Of a DNA stretch of 64,000 nt, positions 11,681 to 24,393 are shown piece by piece; the stretch's first letter is position 1; each line of letters opens with the position of its first letter. The DNA lies in assembly GCF_001194135.2 (NCBI RefSeq), contig NC_069003.1, positions 10,353,407-10,417,406 of the forward strand, written 5' to 3'. The notes under the pieces were generated by a model. It worked only from the letters and a program-made list of their open reading frames with translations, was not told the origin of the DNA and did not search any database. The translations under genes were made by a program, and so were the position numbers. The DNA is from Octopus bimaculoides. Its lineage: Eukaryota.

Positions 11681-12553
11681 GAAAAAGAGAAAATAAAAAG
11701 ACATGTAGATTTCAGCGTGTGCGTGATTTTTTTTTTTTTTTTCATTATTATGACTGCTTTTGACAGCGCGCATTTATATAGAAAAGTGCGTGTGAGTGTG
11801 TATTTTAAGTTAGGATGCTACAAGTGCGGACATTTTTGCTTCGGTGGGTATATTTGTCTAAATGTTGTTTCAATTCAACTTTCTAAATATATTTTGCGCA
11901 TGTCCTTTTCTGAGAAGAAGATTCAATTTGGGCTTTTTTTTTGCGGGGGCGGGGAGGTGTGTTTTTTTTTTATATATATAAATTTTATTTACTAAATCAA
12001 TAACTTACCATCTTAGNNNNNNNNNNNNNNNNNNNNNNNNNNNNNNNNNNNNNNNNNNNNNNNNNNNNNNNNNNNNNNNNNNNNNNNNNNNNNNNNNNNN
12101 NNNNNNNNNNNNNNNNNNNNNNNNNNNNNNNNNNNNNNNNNNNNNNNNNNNNNNNNNNNNNNNNNNNNNNNNNNNNNNNNNNNNNNNNNNNNNNNNNNNN
12201 NNNNNNNNNNNNNNNNNNNNNNNNNNNNNNNNNNNNNNNNNNNNNNNNNNNNNNNNNNNNNNNNNNNNNNNNNNNNNNNNNNNNNNNNNNNNNNNNNNNN
12301 NNNNNNNNNNNNNNNNNNNNNNNNNNNNNNNNNNNNNNNNNNNNNNNNNNNNNNNNNNNNNNNNNNNNNNNNNNNNNNNNNNNNNNNNNNNNNNNNNNNN
12401 NNNNNNNNNNNNNNNNNNNNNNNNNNNNNNNNNNNNNNNNNNNNNNNNNNNNNNNNNNNNNNNNNNNNNNNNNNNNNNNNNNNNNNNNNNNNNNNNNNNN
12501 NNNNNNNNNNNNNNNNNNNNNNNNNNNNNNNNNNNNNNNNNNNNNNNNNNNNN

Positions 12554-12607
<54 letters not shown>

Positions 12608-13244
12608 TGTGCGAGGGGGGTGTTTATATATAATATATATTCATATATAATATTGATTTACTCTTTTTGTATTTTATTTTATATATTCTTTCTCATATTC
12701 TTTTTCCGCCTTTTCTTTTTGTAACAGTTTTAAATAAAGAGAGATTTTGGAAAACGAATCCATATTGTCATAAGTATTTCTTCTTGTTATTATTGTCATT
12801 ATTATTTTTTAAAAAGCGGATTACAAACAGAGTAGTTAGTATATCGGACAAAATGCTTGGCGGCACATTTTCCGGCTCTGTGCCCTGCGTTCAGCTACCG
12901 ACGGGATTATTTTGAAGCCCATTTCTGTCAAGTAGTTAGTTACCTGGATGGAATTGTGAACTGGTACATTGCTCTGGTGCTGGCGCTCAGGCCCTTAGTG
13001 ACGAAATCTCTTATTGAACTCCCTCAAAACCCCAACCAATTACTCCTTGTTGATCGTCTGAGCAGAAGGAACCCAGTGGATGTAGATGATATCCTGAATA
13101 TCAAAAAAGAGGATCATTAAACACCATAGAACTTGTTAACATAAATCTGGATAAAAAGACGGGATGTTCACGGCTGGAATATCTTTAATGATAGGTCTGT
13201 CCGCTCGATCAGTGTTGGCCAGGTGTTAAACAGCAGCGACGTTA

Positions 13245-13475
13245 ATAGCTCGTTTTTACAATAGGGGACAATAGGGGACAAGGCGTGAAATTTTAGAGGA
13301 TGGGGTTAGTCGATCTCATCGTTCACAGTGCTTAGCTGATACTTATTTCATCGACCTTGAAAGGATGAAAGGCAAAGTCGACATCGGCAGAATTTGAACT
13401 CAGAACATAAAAGACAGATGAAATGCTGTTAAGCATTTTGCTCAGCGTGATAACGTTCCAGCTCACCGCCTTACA
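13245..13475 (-). mobile_element. Family B SINE
   Basis: gaaaggatgaaaggcaaagtcgac core. Confidence 0.8.
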
Positions 13476-15499
13476 TCAGCGACGTTACTATTACTACTAC
13501 TACTACTACTACGCAAAATACTAAGCAACTGTAGGAGCGCCTGTGGAGATCCTTTAGTCTGTAAGAAATAATAGAAAAATCAAAGCAGAGCTTTGCGGTT
13601 GCCATTACGATAACCAAGGGAGAGAAGCACTTCGCAATTATTTCCACTTGTCTGCTTGTGATATAGACGAGAGTTATTTCCCTTGAATTTACATTCGCTT
13701 CTACACGAATAATACACGGTTTTATGAAACATTGGTTGTGCAGCGAAGGTGTTGCTTACTTTCAAGTGCAAGCAGACCGGGTTCAATCCCAGACCGATAC
13801 ACGTTACTGTGTTTTAACGGCGGCGTATTGGTAGAATAGCTAGAGTGGGAAAAGAATGCTAAGCTGTGATTTTTAAGTTCAAATCCTACCATGGTCCACA
13901 GAACAGTACAATACCAGTCAAGAACTGCAATCGGTAAAATGGTTTTACCCCGGCAACAGAACCACGAACAACATTGCAGAGAATATGGGATCTTACGACA
14001 ATTATTATAAAACGCTGTAAGTTGACTTCGAGATTGATTCATGTTGCCATGTTTTAAGACCGTCGATGTGTGTGTGTGTGTGTGCGTGAGTGTGTGACTC
14101 ACATTGCCATGTTTTAAAGATAACCGTCGATGTATGTGTCTATGCATGCATGTATGTATGTATGGATGGATGGATGGATGGATGTGCGTGAGTGTGTATA
14201 CATGCATGCATACATACATACATACATACATATATATATATATATACATAACAAATCAAAAAGGGTGACTTATTAGCAATCACGACCTAAAGGCAAAATT
14301 AATACACAAAAGTGACAGAGGGTACTGACTAGCACCGCTTTTGCTAAAGATAAGAGTTAAAATACCTCAAAATTACTGTCTTAATGACTGACAAAAGGAG
14401 ATAAGTCTCCAGTGTACATAACCAGATCGCGATTTCGGATTTTGGTGTAGACCATCTTAATCCTCATCAGCAGTTCTTAATGCTGGCATGGGTTAGATGG
14501 TTTGACTAGAACAGGTAAGCTAGAGCTGTGCCAGGCTCCAGTCCGTTTTGGCTTGGTTTCTACGGCTAGATGCTTTTCCTAATGCCAACCACTCTAAAAA
14601 AGGGTGCAGGTTGCCTTTTACATGCCACTGACATGGGTGCCATTTATGTGACACCAGTATCAGTCCCTTTCACATGTCACCGGCATAGGTGCCTTTATAC
14701 ATATTCACTCTTCCACACACACTGATATCTCCATATATTACTTCATATAATATCATACAAAATGGAGATGGTTCAATTTAATAAATCTAAAGGTGTTACA
14801 ATAATTAGTCATAACAATGGTAGTGATAATTTTAATGAAATATGGCACATTTATCTAATTAATCTGGGAAGAGTTTGCATACAATGCATCTGTGTAAAGC
14901 TATATTATTTTTAAAGTAAAATCTACTCACTCTAATCATAATTCTATTACATTTCATTTGAACCCTTTCAGATATTAATTGCCCCTGTGATATGTAGATG
15001 TATACATGAATCTGTAGTTACTTCTTATAAGTCTCTCATAGCTACATATTATAAGCATCTATTAACTAAGTTCTCTTCACTCAATAACATGCACAGGGAT
15101 TCCTCAGAGCATAGATGACAATTCCTAGAAAAAGTATCATTTTTTTTATGATGGACCAAGTGATACTATTTTTTATTCTATCTTCTTTTACTCTGGTACT
15201 CATTGTGCATTTGTGTATTATGTTACAGCGCATGCATTGATTTTGTAGAGGACATGTGAAATCATGTGTTGAAACAGATATTGTTATACTTGGGGATGCT
15301 TATATTTTGCCATGAGAAAATGGACTAAGCAAAACAAGAGAAGACACATGGGATAAGGAGTCATTGAAGAGGTCACACGATGTGTGACAAAACAACTTTG
15401 ACAAAGAAACTAAAATAATAATAATAAACCTGAGATAAAGACCAAACATATAGTGAGTGTATTTAATTGACAAAATATAACCGTTCCCAAGTATAATGA

Positions 15500-16260
15500 C
15501 AAATTGTATGCTGCTTTCTTTAACCCATTTAATGCCAGAAAATTCCAAGCTCTCTGCTGTCAATCAGCTTATGATAACACAATGCAACAAAAATACTTTG
15601 GATCAAAAGGAGCAGCAATTCTGGAGGCAATCACAGTGCAGGACCTGGGTATTGATATGAGCAACAATGCATTGTTTCATGTGCATATACTAAAATGATG
15701 GCAAAGTGCATGCGAAGGGACCAGGAAACTATGCTGATTCTATGGAGGACGTTTGTGCTCAGTCAGCTGGACTGCTGCTCTCAATTATGGTAACCCCTGA
15801 GTGTCAAATTAACAGCAGAACTCAAGACAGTCCAGCAATGCTGCACCAAAAGCATTGCATCAATGAAACAGCTGAGCTAATGAGAGAGACTGAGTGAATT
15901 ACAACTCTACTCCCTAGGATGAAGATGGGAAAGACATGTGGAGATATACATATGTAATATTTTAGAGGGGCTGGCACCAAACACTGGCATCAAGAATTAT
16001 ACCAGCCCTGAACAGGATACCACTCTACTGTTCCAAAGGTCCCACCTAACCTGTCTAGAGTAAGGGCCAAGTACCATAATAGCTTGGAATTCTAAGGCCT
16101 ACGGCTATTTAATATCTGGCCAAAAAAACCTGAGAGATCTAAAATCTCAGATGTCCCCTTATCATGGCAAGAAACTCAAACAAGGGTAGCAATATCAAAC
16201 TACCCCATTCAAAAAAAGCCAACTACATACAGTTTGGAATTGGCCACAACCTTTAGGTTA
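15500..16260 (+). mobile_element. CR1-clade LINE RT fragment, decayed
   Basis: FNARKFQAL, VQDLGIDMS, ETMLILWRTFVLSQLDCCSQLW and LQLYSL motifs across frameshifts. Confidence 0.8.
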
Positions 16261-16423
16261 AAACACATAAAAGAATGTGTGTGTATATAAATGTATGTTT
16301 GTGTGTGTATATAAATGTATGTTTGTGTGTGAGTATGTGTATTTATAGATCTATACGTATATATAATTTTATATATATATATATATGCACATATAAATAT
16401 GTATTTGTATTTATGTATAGTGA

Positions 16424-16595
16424 TGACAATTATTCAGTTGCCATAAGACTCCGAGTTTTGGATGTCGGGGCAGAAAAGTGCTCTGGCATCTCATCCGTTA
16501 TCGAGATTGTCTCGATAACTGCCGAGATGCCCAAGCAGTTTTCCACCCCAACATCCAAAACTTGGAGTCTCATTATGGCAACCGAATAATTGTCA
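16424..16595. repeat. 172-bp fold-back with decayed hammerhead-like core in each arm
   Basis: Arms 16424-16506 and 16510-16595, about 10 mismatches and one 3-nt indel. Confidence 0.92.
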
Positions 16596-17145
16596 CATAT
16601 TATATTACAGATAAATTCCTCTATTTGCATAATGTCGAGGTCTCATTCATTCTTTTGTTGTCTTACCATTACTATTAATATATATANNNNNNNNNNNNNN
16701 NNNNNNNNNNNNNNNNNNNNNNNNNNNNNNNNNNNNNNNNNNNNNNNNNNNNNNNNNNNNNNNNNNNNNNNNNNNNNNNNNNNNNNNNNNNNNNNNNNNN
16801 NNNNNNNNNNNNNNNNNNNNNNNNNNNNNNNNNNNNNNNNNNNNNNNNNNNNNNNNNNNNNNNNNNNNNNNNNNNNNNNNNNNNNNNNNNNNNNNNNNNN
16901 NNNNNNNNNNNNNNNNNNNNNNNNNNNNNNNNNNNNNNNNNNNNNNNNNNNNNNNNNNNNNNNNNNNNNNNNNNNNNNNNNNNNNNNNNNNNNNNNNNNN
17001 NNNNNNNNNNNNNNNNNNNNNNNNNNNNNNNNNNNNNNNNNNNNNNNNNNNNNNNNNNNNNNNNNNNNNNNNNNNNNNNNNNNNNNNNNNNNNNNNNNNN
17101 NNNNNNNNNNNNNNNNNNNNNNNNNNNNNNNNNNNNNNNNNNNNN

Positions 17146-17206
<61 letters not shown>

Positions 17207-17369
17207 TTACATATACATTCTTATATGTATATTTATATATATAATATAGAGACCGACAGAGAAGCCAGACAGACAAACGGAGAGAGAGCTGTTTCTCACA
17301 TATGTATACCACATACAATACTTTCTTTCTAAGTTTTAAGACGTTAATGTGGGATTTGAAAAAAAATTG

Positions 17370-17551
17370 GCTGTTATTTCTCGCGAAAGTCGCCTTCTGC
17401 ATATCCGACAGAGAAGATCTGTATGAAACACCGGTTACTTTATTTGTTTTTTATTTATTTATAAATATAAAAGTAGCCTCCCTTTGTCACGGGGTGGCGC
17501 CAGTTTATCCGACACCGGAAGTTGCATGTCGACTCAACTTTTTCTAAAAAC
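17370..17551 (+). promoter_or_regulatory. FAF2 proximal promoter (CpG-retaining)
   Basis: ETS-type ACCGGAAGT 17514-17522, E2F-like TGGCGCCA 17495-17502 and TTTCTCGCGAAA 17377-17388 just upstream of ATG 17552; TSS not determinable. Confidence 0.5.
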
Positions 17552-17611
17552 ATGGAAGACGACGGTGTGGACCTTTCTGGTGAACAAGTTGAGAAGTTGA
17601 TTCACTTTCAG
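17552..17611 (+). CDS. FAF2: FAS-associated factor 2 (UBXD8) exon 1
   Basis: MEDDGVDLSGEQVEKLIHFQ then GTaaaa; resembles FAF2 DLTQEQTEKLLQFQ; phase 0. Confidence 0.92.
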
Positions 17612-19679
17612 GTAAAACAAACCTTCGCACAATCTCCTCCATACTTCACTCCACGTCCCTAACACATTTTCTCTCCTCTTCCGCCAGCATTTTCCCTTTA
17701 TTTACCCTCTTCTCTGCCTCTACAAGTATAATGTTGCAATCCAAAGACGCAGATACGCGCAGCTCTTGTTTATTTCCCTTGATTGAGAATCAAACCCCTT
17801 TCATTTCTTCTTTCTTTCTTTTCATTATTACTATTATTACTAATCAATCGATGATGGAGAAGTAGAGAATATAAAGCTCACCGCTCGTACGTTGTCGTTT
17901 AACTTTCTATAAATAGCAGCCAAATCTCCAAGCTACATCATTTCTCATATGAATCGCGATATATATATATATATACACACACACATACATATATATACAC
18001 ATACATATATATATAAAAAAGAATAAAAGACAAAAATAAGAGATGCAAAATTTCAATTTCTATAGCGTACTTCGGGGTACATTGCTTCAGGCGGGATGGC
18101 CATAGCTTTTAATCATTGATAAATCTGCCTCTGCTTGATACTGGCCGACCTGTCGTTAAAGAGCATCATTATCCTATCATTCATTAAATGTGGAATTTAT
18201 TGTGTTAATGCTTGTTTTTGTGGACTTTTTCATTTTGTTAGGTTTTTTTTTTTTTTCATTTCCAGTCATTTGTCTACAAACAAGCATTGTTAAATTACAT
18301 ACATACATATTGTATCCTGCAAATAACCTTACTTTATTATAACAAGTTATTATAACAAGTATTCGCAAAACAATACTCAATAAATAGCTTTATTTCGGTA
18401 CAATAGTGTGGGTGTAAGCATATATACACTAACACATTGCATACATGTATACACACACACACACACACTAATTACATATATGTGGCTAGATATATCTGTG
18501 TCTGTGTGTGTTATACCGTTGATAAAAAATGATCAGCATGAGGTGTATTTTGCATGTATGTTAGTTTGTATTTCCATAGCTGACTGATGAGCCATTTAGC
18601 AAAAAGGAAAACTCCAGGATGGGTGGACGTATTACCATTAGATTAGGGTTAATGACTGGGCATGTATAAACCGGTGTCGCTTGATAGAAGAAGAAAAAAA
18701 TAAGGTAAACTTCCGTTGCAGACTTTCCTTTACATCCTCACACGCACGCATATACACATTTACACACTCTGTCTATTCTAAAAACACCCATTAATTACTT
18801 CTTTCATACATACATAGACATATACAGTCACATACTTTGTCTATTATTAAAAGGAAAAAAGACAATCAAAAAATTGATTATTCTGTTGTAGTGTAACGAA
18901 TAGACCGGTACATTTCAACGTTATATTTGAGGTCTGTTTGTATATTGTTTACGGCGATTTTTCTCTGTCCGAAGGGCTTTTTTATTTTTAAACCCAATAT
19001 TTATTTCTATCTATAGCATTATTGCATCGAGTTTCGCCGTTCCAAAAAAAGAGAATTATATGTAGATAAAAACATTGTTTTGTACCCAAGCAAAAATAAT
19101 TCTCAAATATTCCGCAAAAATGTAAACCATACATACATATATATATATATAAGCTTCCAGGCTAATATTACCTGTAGACAATGTTTTATGAGTTTTTTTT
19201 TGTTTTTGTTTTTTACGTGGAAAAATAGCCGCAAACAGTGCAACTAGTTTGTTTGCCAAAAGCATCATTAATAAACCTTGGACAGGATATAAGAAACCAT
19301 CATAAGAATTAAAATCTGTAACCAAATGAGGATTACTTGAATCGAAAGATCAGATGACCAGTTGCTAATTGATGTGGCGGGGTGGATGGGTGACTGGATT
19401 TGATAATATTTTTAAAGTCGAATAGGTTTCTTTATCCGTTCGGAGAGAGAATGTGAGTTTTAGACAGAATTTTTGTTTGAAGATGTTTCTTAATTTGTCG
19501 GATAAAAATTCTTTAACGTCTCGTCTGCTCGTGATCCTTTTGCGTTCTGTGTTGACGTCCCGTCCAGATCAACTTATTACTTCGTTCAGTCTTCCGGCGG
19601 GGAGGCGGATGATTGAGTAAATAGCTGTTCAATTACTGCGGTCGGTTTGATATTCCTCAAAACATTTCTATAATGGAAT

Positions 19680-20010
19680 TATCTTTTTACTTGTTTAAGT
19701 CATTGGACTGCGGCCATGCTGGGGCACCGCCTTGAAGGGTTTTTTGTCGAACAAACAAATCAACTTCGGCACTTATTCTGTAGTGCCGAACCGCTAAGTT
19801 ACAGGGATGAAAACAAACCAACACCAGTGGTGGGAGACAGTCATTCTATATATTTTTTTTACTTTAACAAATCGACCCCAGAACTTACTCTTTGTAATCT
19901 TAGTACTTATTCTATCGGTCTGTTTTGCCGAACCGCTAAGTTACGGGGACGTAAACACACCAACATCGGTTATCAAGCGATGGTGGGAGGACAAACAGAA
20001 ACACAGACAC
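19680..20010 (-). mobile_element. Family A SINE 3' half, internally duplicated
   Basis: gccgaaccgctaagttac.ggg seen twice. Confidence 0.8.
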
Positions 20011-20044
20011 GCATAAATGTGTGTACGTGTGTGTATATATATAT

Positions 20045-20390
20045 CATCATCATCGTTTAACGTCCGTTTCCCATGCTAGCATGGGTTGGACAGCTCGACT
20101 GGGGTCTGGGAAGCCAAGAGGCTGCACCAGGCTCCGGTCTGATCTTGCAGTGTTTCTACAGCTGGATGCCCTTCCTAACACCAACCACTCCAAGAATGTA
20201 GTGGGTGCTTTCTACATGCCACCGGCACAGAGGCTAGAATGGGCTGGCAACGACCACGTTCAGACGGTGCCTTTTACGTGCCACTGGCACAGGGATCACA
20301 ACTACAATTTCCATTTGATTTTGATGTACTTGGCTCAATAGGTCTCCTCAAGCATAGCATGTCGCCCTATGAAGGGCATGCAGCTGTAGA
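20045..20390 (-). mobile_element. RTE 3' UTR copy (non-coding tail family)
   Basis: catcatcatcgtttaacgtccg...cagctggatgcccttcctaac motif shared with 26050-26240. Confidence 0.85.
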
Positions 20391-21143
20391 AAATCTGCCT
20401 CAGTAAACTCCATCTGACCTATGCAAGCATGGAAAAAGTGAAAGATTATGATATCATTCGTAACCAGTAAATAAATGAAAAGATATCCCTTCTGCCAATC
20501 TTTTGATTGGCTGCTTAGGATGAAGATGGAACCAATTGATAGTATTCATTATCATTTGATGTCCATCTTCCTTGCTGGCATGGGTTGAGGGGTTTGACAG
20601 AAGCCAGCAAGGCTAGGAGCTGCCCCAAGTTCCATTGTCTGTTTTGGCATGGTTTCTATGACCGGATGCTCTTTCTAATGCCAACCAATTTACAGAGTGT
20701 ATTGGGTGCTGTTTATGTGGTTCCAGCAAGGTCACCAAGTACCTTGCAAGACAAAGACCCCCTCATCTGGGAGGTAATAGGGACACTATTAAGTGAGTGT
20801 GGCTTTGTGCCAGTTGAGAGATTTAAGATGCTGAGTAGATATACGTGGTTATCCTAGTTGGAAAACAAAGGAGAGTGATAGTGAGAGAGATGATGGCAGA
20901 GATGCTGTTGCTGTTTAATTATCAGGATTTCAAACACCCTATGACCCTTACTATGGCTATACTACCAGAAACATTCTGGGAGGTTTTTTTGCTGGATATT
21001 TTATTGAGATTATGCATTATATTTTGTGAATTGGTTGGTGGTAGGAAGCATGGTAGAACCCATGCTAAAGCAGATGGTGATGCTCAAGTCATTGGGTCCT
21101 GTTGAACTGTCCCATTTATGCCAGCATGGACAGCAAATGTTAA

Positions 21144-21421
21144 CCCATTACCTACCAGTGATCTCATATGAGATCACTTAAAAATGACAAATTTCGTAAT
21201 TATCTGTCAATATTTACACACATCTAACCTTTTTGCTATATCTACTAGGTATATTTCTCTGATATTCAAATGAGGTTTGCTAAATTTTCACCCAATATCT
21301 CGCTTATTTCTATTTAAAATGTTATTTTGATCATTCTAGCATGTTTCTAAGGCTGTTTTATGCTAGAAATCAAAGTTTCATAAAAAAAATTCCAGTTAAT
21401 AGAATTATGGGAGGTCATGGG
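21144..21421. mobile_element. piggyBac-like MITE
   Basis: TTAA at both ends; TIR CCCATTACCTACC / GGGAGGTCATGGG. Confidence 0.8.
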
Positions 21422-21544
21422 TTAAATGATGTATGTGGCTTTGGTTGCAGACTAAGGAGTGGAACTTCACTTATTTCAGAAGTTACTCTACTCTTCATCC
21501 TCTTCCACAAGTGCTCTCCATAATTCAAAACTATTCTTTTATTC

Positions 21545-22145
21545 TTTTACTTGTTTCAGTCATTTGACTGTGGCCATGCTGGAGCACTACCTTGAAGGGT
21601 TTTAGTCAAACAAATTGACCCCAGGACATATTTTTTATGCCCATTACTTATTCTATCGGTCTCTGTTGCCAAACCACTAATTTACAGGGATGTAAACACA
21701 CCAACACCAGTTGTCAAGTGGTGATGAGGGGACAGACACAGTCACACATACATGCGTGTGTATATATATCAGTTTCTGTCTACCAGATTCACTCACAAGG
21801 CTTTGGTCAGGCCAAGGCTATAGTAGATGACACTTGCTCAAGGTGCATGCAGTGAGACTGAACATGAAACCATGTGGTTGGGGAGCAAGCTTCTTACATA
21901 CAGCCATGCCTGTGCCAATATACCTCCATATATTGTTATAGATCCAGGCATGGATGTGTGGTTAAGAAGTTTACTTCCCAAATACATACCTTCAGGTTCA
22001 ATTCCACTGTATTGCACCTTGGGCAAGTTTTTTTTTCTACTATAACCCTAGGCTGACCGAAACTTTGTGGATTTGATAAACAAAAACTGAATGAAGCCTT
22101 TTGTGTGTAAATGTTTGTCTCATTGTCTTGACATCACATGATCAT
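21545..22145. mobile_element. Divergent head-to-head pair of family A SINEs
   Basis: Minus copy 21545-21912, plus copy 21945-22145 (interrupted at its end by a hAT MITE). Confidence 0.78.
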
Positions 22146-22152
22146 TGTAAAT

Positions 22153-22683
22153 CATTGGTTCTCAACTGGGGTCCATATAAGATTTTTAAGGTCCTACACA
22201 AGCGAATTAGTAAATTGGGTCCTCAGTAGTATTTTATAGGTTCATGAAAATAATTCTGCTTTGGCTGTATTTATCTCAAGAAGCAGCGAGATTTCTTTCT
22301 CTGATGTTTTACATAGTTCATCCTATACAAGTGGAATGTATGATAAACAAAATGGGAATTTTGAAAGCAGTATCTATAAAACTAGTTTTTAACCCTTTTG
22401 CATTCAGATTATTCTGTGAAACATAATGCTTATTTATTCAAATTGTGCTGCTTCTAGATTTCAAAGATGGGATTGTATATTTTTTCAATGACCTTGTAAA
22501 AGTAGGCATGAGAAGCTGAATTTGGTCAGTTTGAAGAGAAAACATGTAAAATATTTAACCCTTTTGAGACACATGGTGTTTTGGTATGTGTAGCCAAAAT
22601 GCTTTTTCTGTTGAGATTGAAAATGGTGGGTGCATGTAGAAAACAAAGGATAAAGTACCTCAAACTACTTTAGTCGTATGTAA

Positions 22684-22728
<45 letters not shown>

Positions 22729-22964
22729 ATCTACTGAAAGACAATCCCTGATTGGCTATTACACTTCCAAACAGTTGTTTCATCAGGCCATTAGATTGGC
22801 CCCAAAGTCTTTTCAGCTTGTATCAGGCTGATCAATTGGCCCAGGTGTCCCAAGAGAATTAAATACTAAAGGGTTAAACATCAACAGGCTATGGGTTCCA
22901 GAAGAATAAAACAGTAATCAAAGGGGTCCAGAAATATTTTTTTTTTAATAGTTGGAGACCACTG
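22153..22964. mobile_element. hAT (Charlie-like) MITE carrying nested piggyBac-like MITEs
   Basis: 8-bp TSD TTGTAAAT (22145-22152, 22965-22972); TIR CATTGGTTCTCAAC / GTTGGAGACCACTG. Confidence 0.88.
22393..22873 (+). mobile_element. piggyBac-like MITE family E containing a second TTAA element (22559-22858)
   Basis: TTAA-CCCTTTTGCATTC...CTAAAGGG-TTAA; inner TTAA-CCCTTTTGAGACAC...GTGTCCCAAGAGAA-TTAA. Confidence 0.8.
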
Positions 22965-22989
22965 TTGTAAATGAATGTTATTCATTATC

Positions 22990-23320
22990 ATCATCATCGT
23001 TTAACATCTGCTTTCCATGCTAGCATGGGTTGGACGATTTGACTGAGGACTGGCAAACCAGAAGGCTACACCAGGCTCCAATCTGATCTAGCAGAGTTTC
23101 TACAGCTGGATGCCCTTCCTAACACCAACCACTCCGAGAGTGTAGTGCGTGCTTTTACGTGCCACCGGCACGAGGGCCAGTCAGGTGGTACTGGCAATGG
23201 CCACGCTCAAAATGGTGGTTTTTTTTTTTACGTGCCACCTGCACAGGAGCCAGTCTAGCAGCACTGGCAACGACCTCGCTCGAATGTTTTGTTCACATGC
23301 CACCAGCACAAGTGCCAGTC
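22990..23320 (-). mobile_element. RTE 3' UTR copy
   Basis: Same tail motif with tggcacgtaaaa subrepeats. Confidence 0.85.
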
Positions 23321-23329
23321 TCTCTTAGC

Positions 23330-23830
23330 TCTTAGATCCTCCAGTGCTGTCAGCACAACAGGCAATGAACCTTCTCCAGACATCCCAGTTACTCTTCTTC
23401 CTCTTGGCTCCACTTGATCCGACTCCTACCAGTATCATATCATTCCAGAATGTACTGCTCCTCGTCCTCATCTCAGTCTTTTTTTCTCTTCCAATGTCCA
23501 CTCTATCACAGTGATTGCATGGCCATTTGTTTTGATTACCCTATGGTAATCAAAACAAATGGCCAGTAAGCCGTATCCACTGCTTAGTCACTCTGTCCTG
23601 TAATCTTCCTCTGTCTGCTCTTCTCGTCACCTCTTTGTTTCTCACTCTGCCCTTGTAAGAGATGTCCAGAATTGAACATCTGCTCAACTGTAAATGAGTA
23701 CCAGCTGCATACTTACTGACTCGTCTCTCTCTCTCCCCACTACAGCTGTCATATCTAGGATGTACTGCTGAGATCATGGGTGAGGAGCAGTTGTTTATGC
23801 CTGTCCATGACGATGTAGGAATCTAAAACA
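23330..23830 (-). mobile_element. RTE LINE fragment, decayed
   Basis: RVRNKEVTRR...W.RLTGHL thumb-like reading adjoining an RTE 3' UTR copy. Confidence 0.55.
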
Positions 23831-24393
23831 ATTAGCAAAAACTTGACTTGTTAGAAACAACAGTTAAATATTGTTCAAATAACAGCTGGGTGTCGTGTGT
23901 CTTTTGCCCAGGTACTTCATTTCACTCTGATCCAGTCTACTTAGCTAAGACTGAGTACCAGCTGTGTACTGGTGCGACCCTTTCTCACTCCAACAGTACC
24001 CACCAGGTAATGAGTTGTAGAGCCAAGAGGGTGTTTATGTCTTCTCCACGACGACACAGGCACCTAACACAAGCATGGCACATACCACCAGGTCACTCTG
24101 ACTTGCGAGTGACGGCTATGCTGCACGTGTTAATTTCATAAGTAGGAGTTCATTTGGTTGAACAAGTGAAGACTGATAAAGTATTCGACACCATTGTTTG
24201 CTAGGTTAATAAACCTCTCAACATTCCCACTTCAAGTAACCAGGAAGTATTGCTAGTATTACTTCGTTATGTGCTTGTTATGTTTTAAGATAATTAGCAT
24301 TAAACATGCACACACACTGTACAGTTTGTTTACCTATTCACTAGATAGCTACATTGATAGGAAGTATACAGATATACAATATGTACACACACA

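Noticed and set aside
13725-13797. tRNA-Glu(TTC)-like sequence
   Set aside because: Has a B-box and CTTTCAA loop, but acceptor and anticodon stems do not pair properly; at best a decayed SINE head.
18580-18620. CTGATGA hammerhead seed
   Set aside because: No pairable stem II followed by GAAA.
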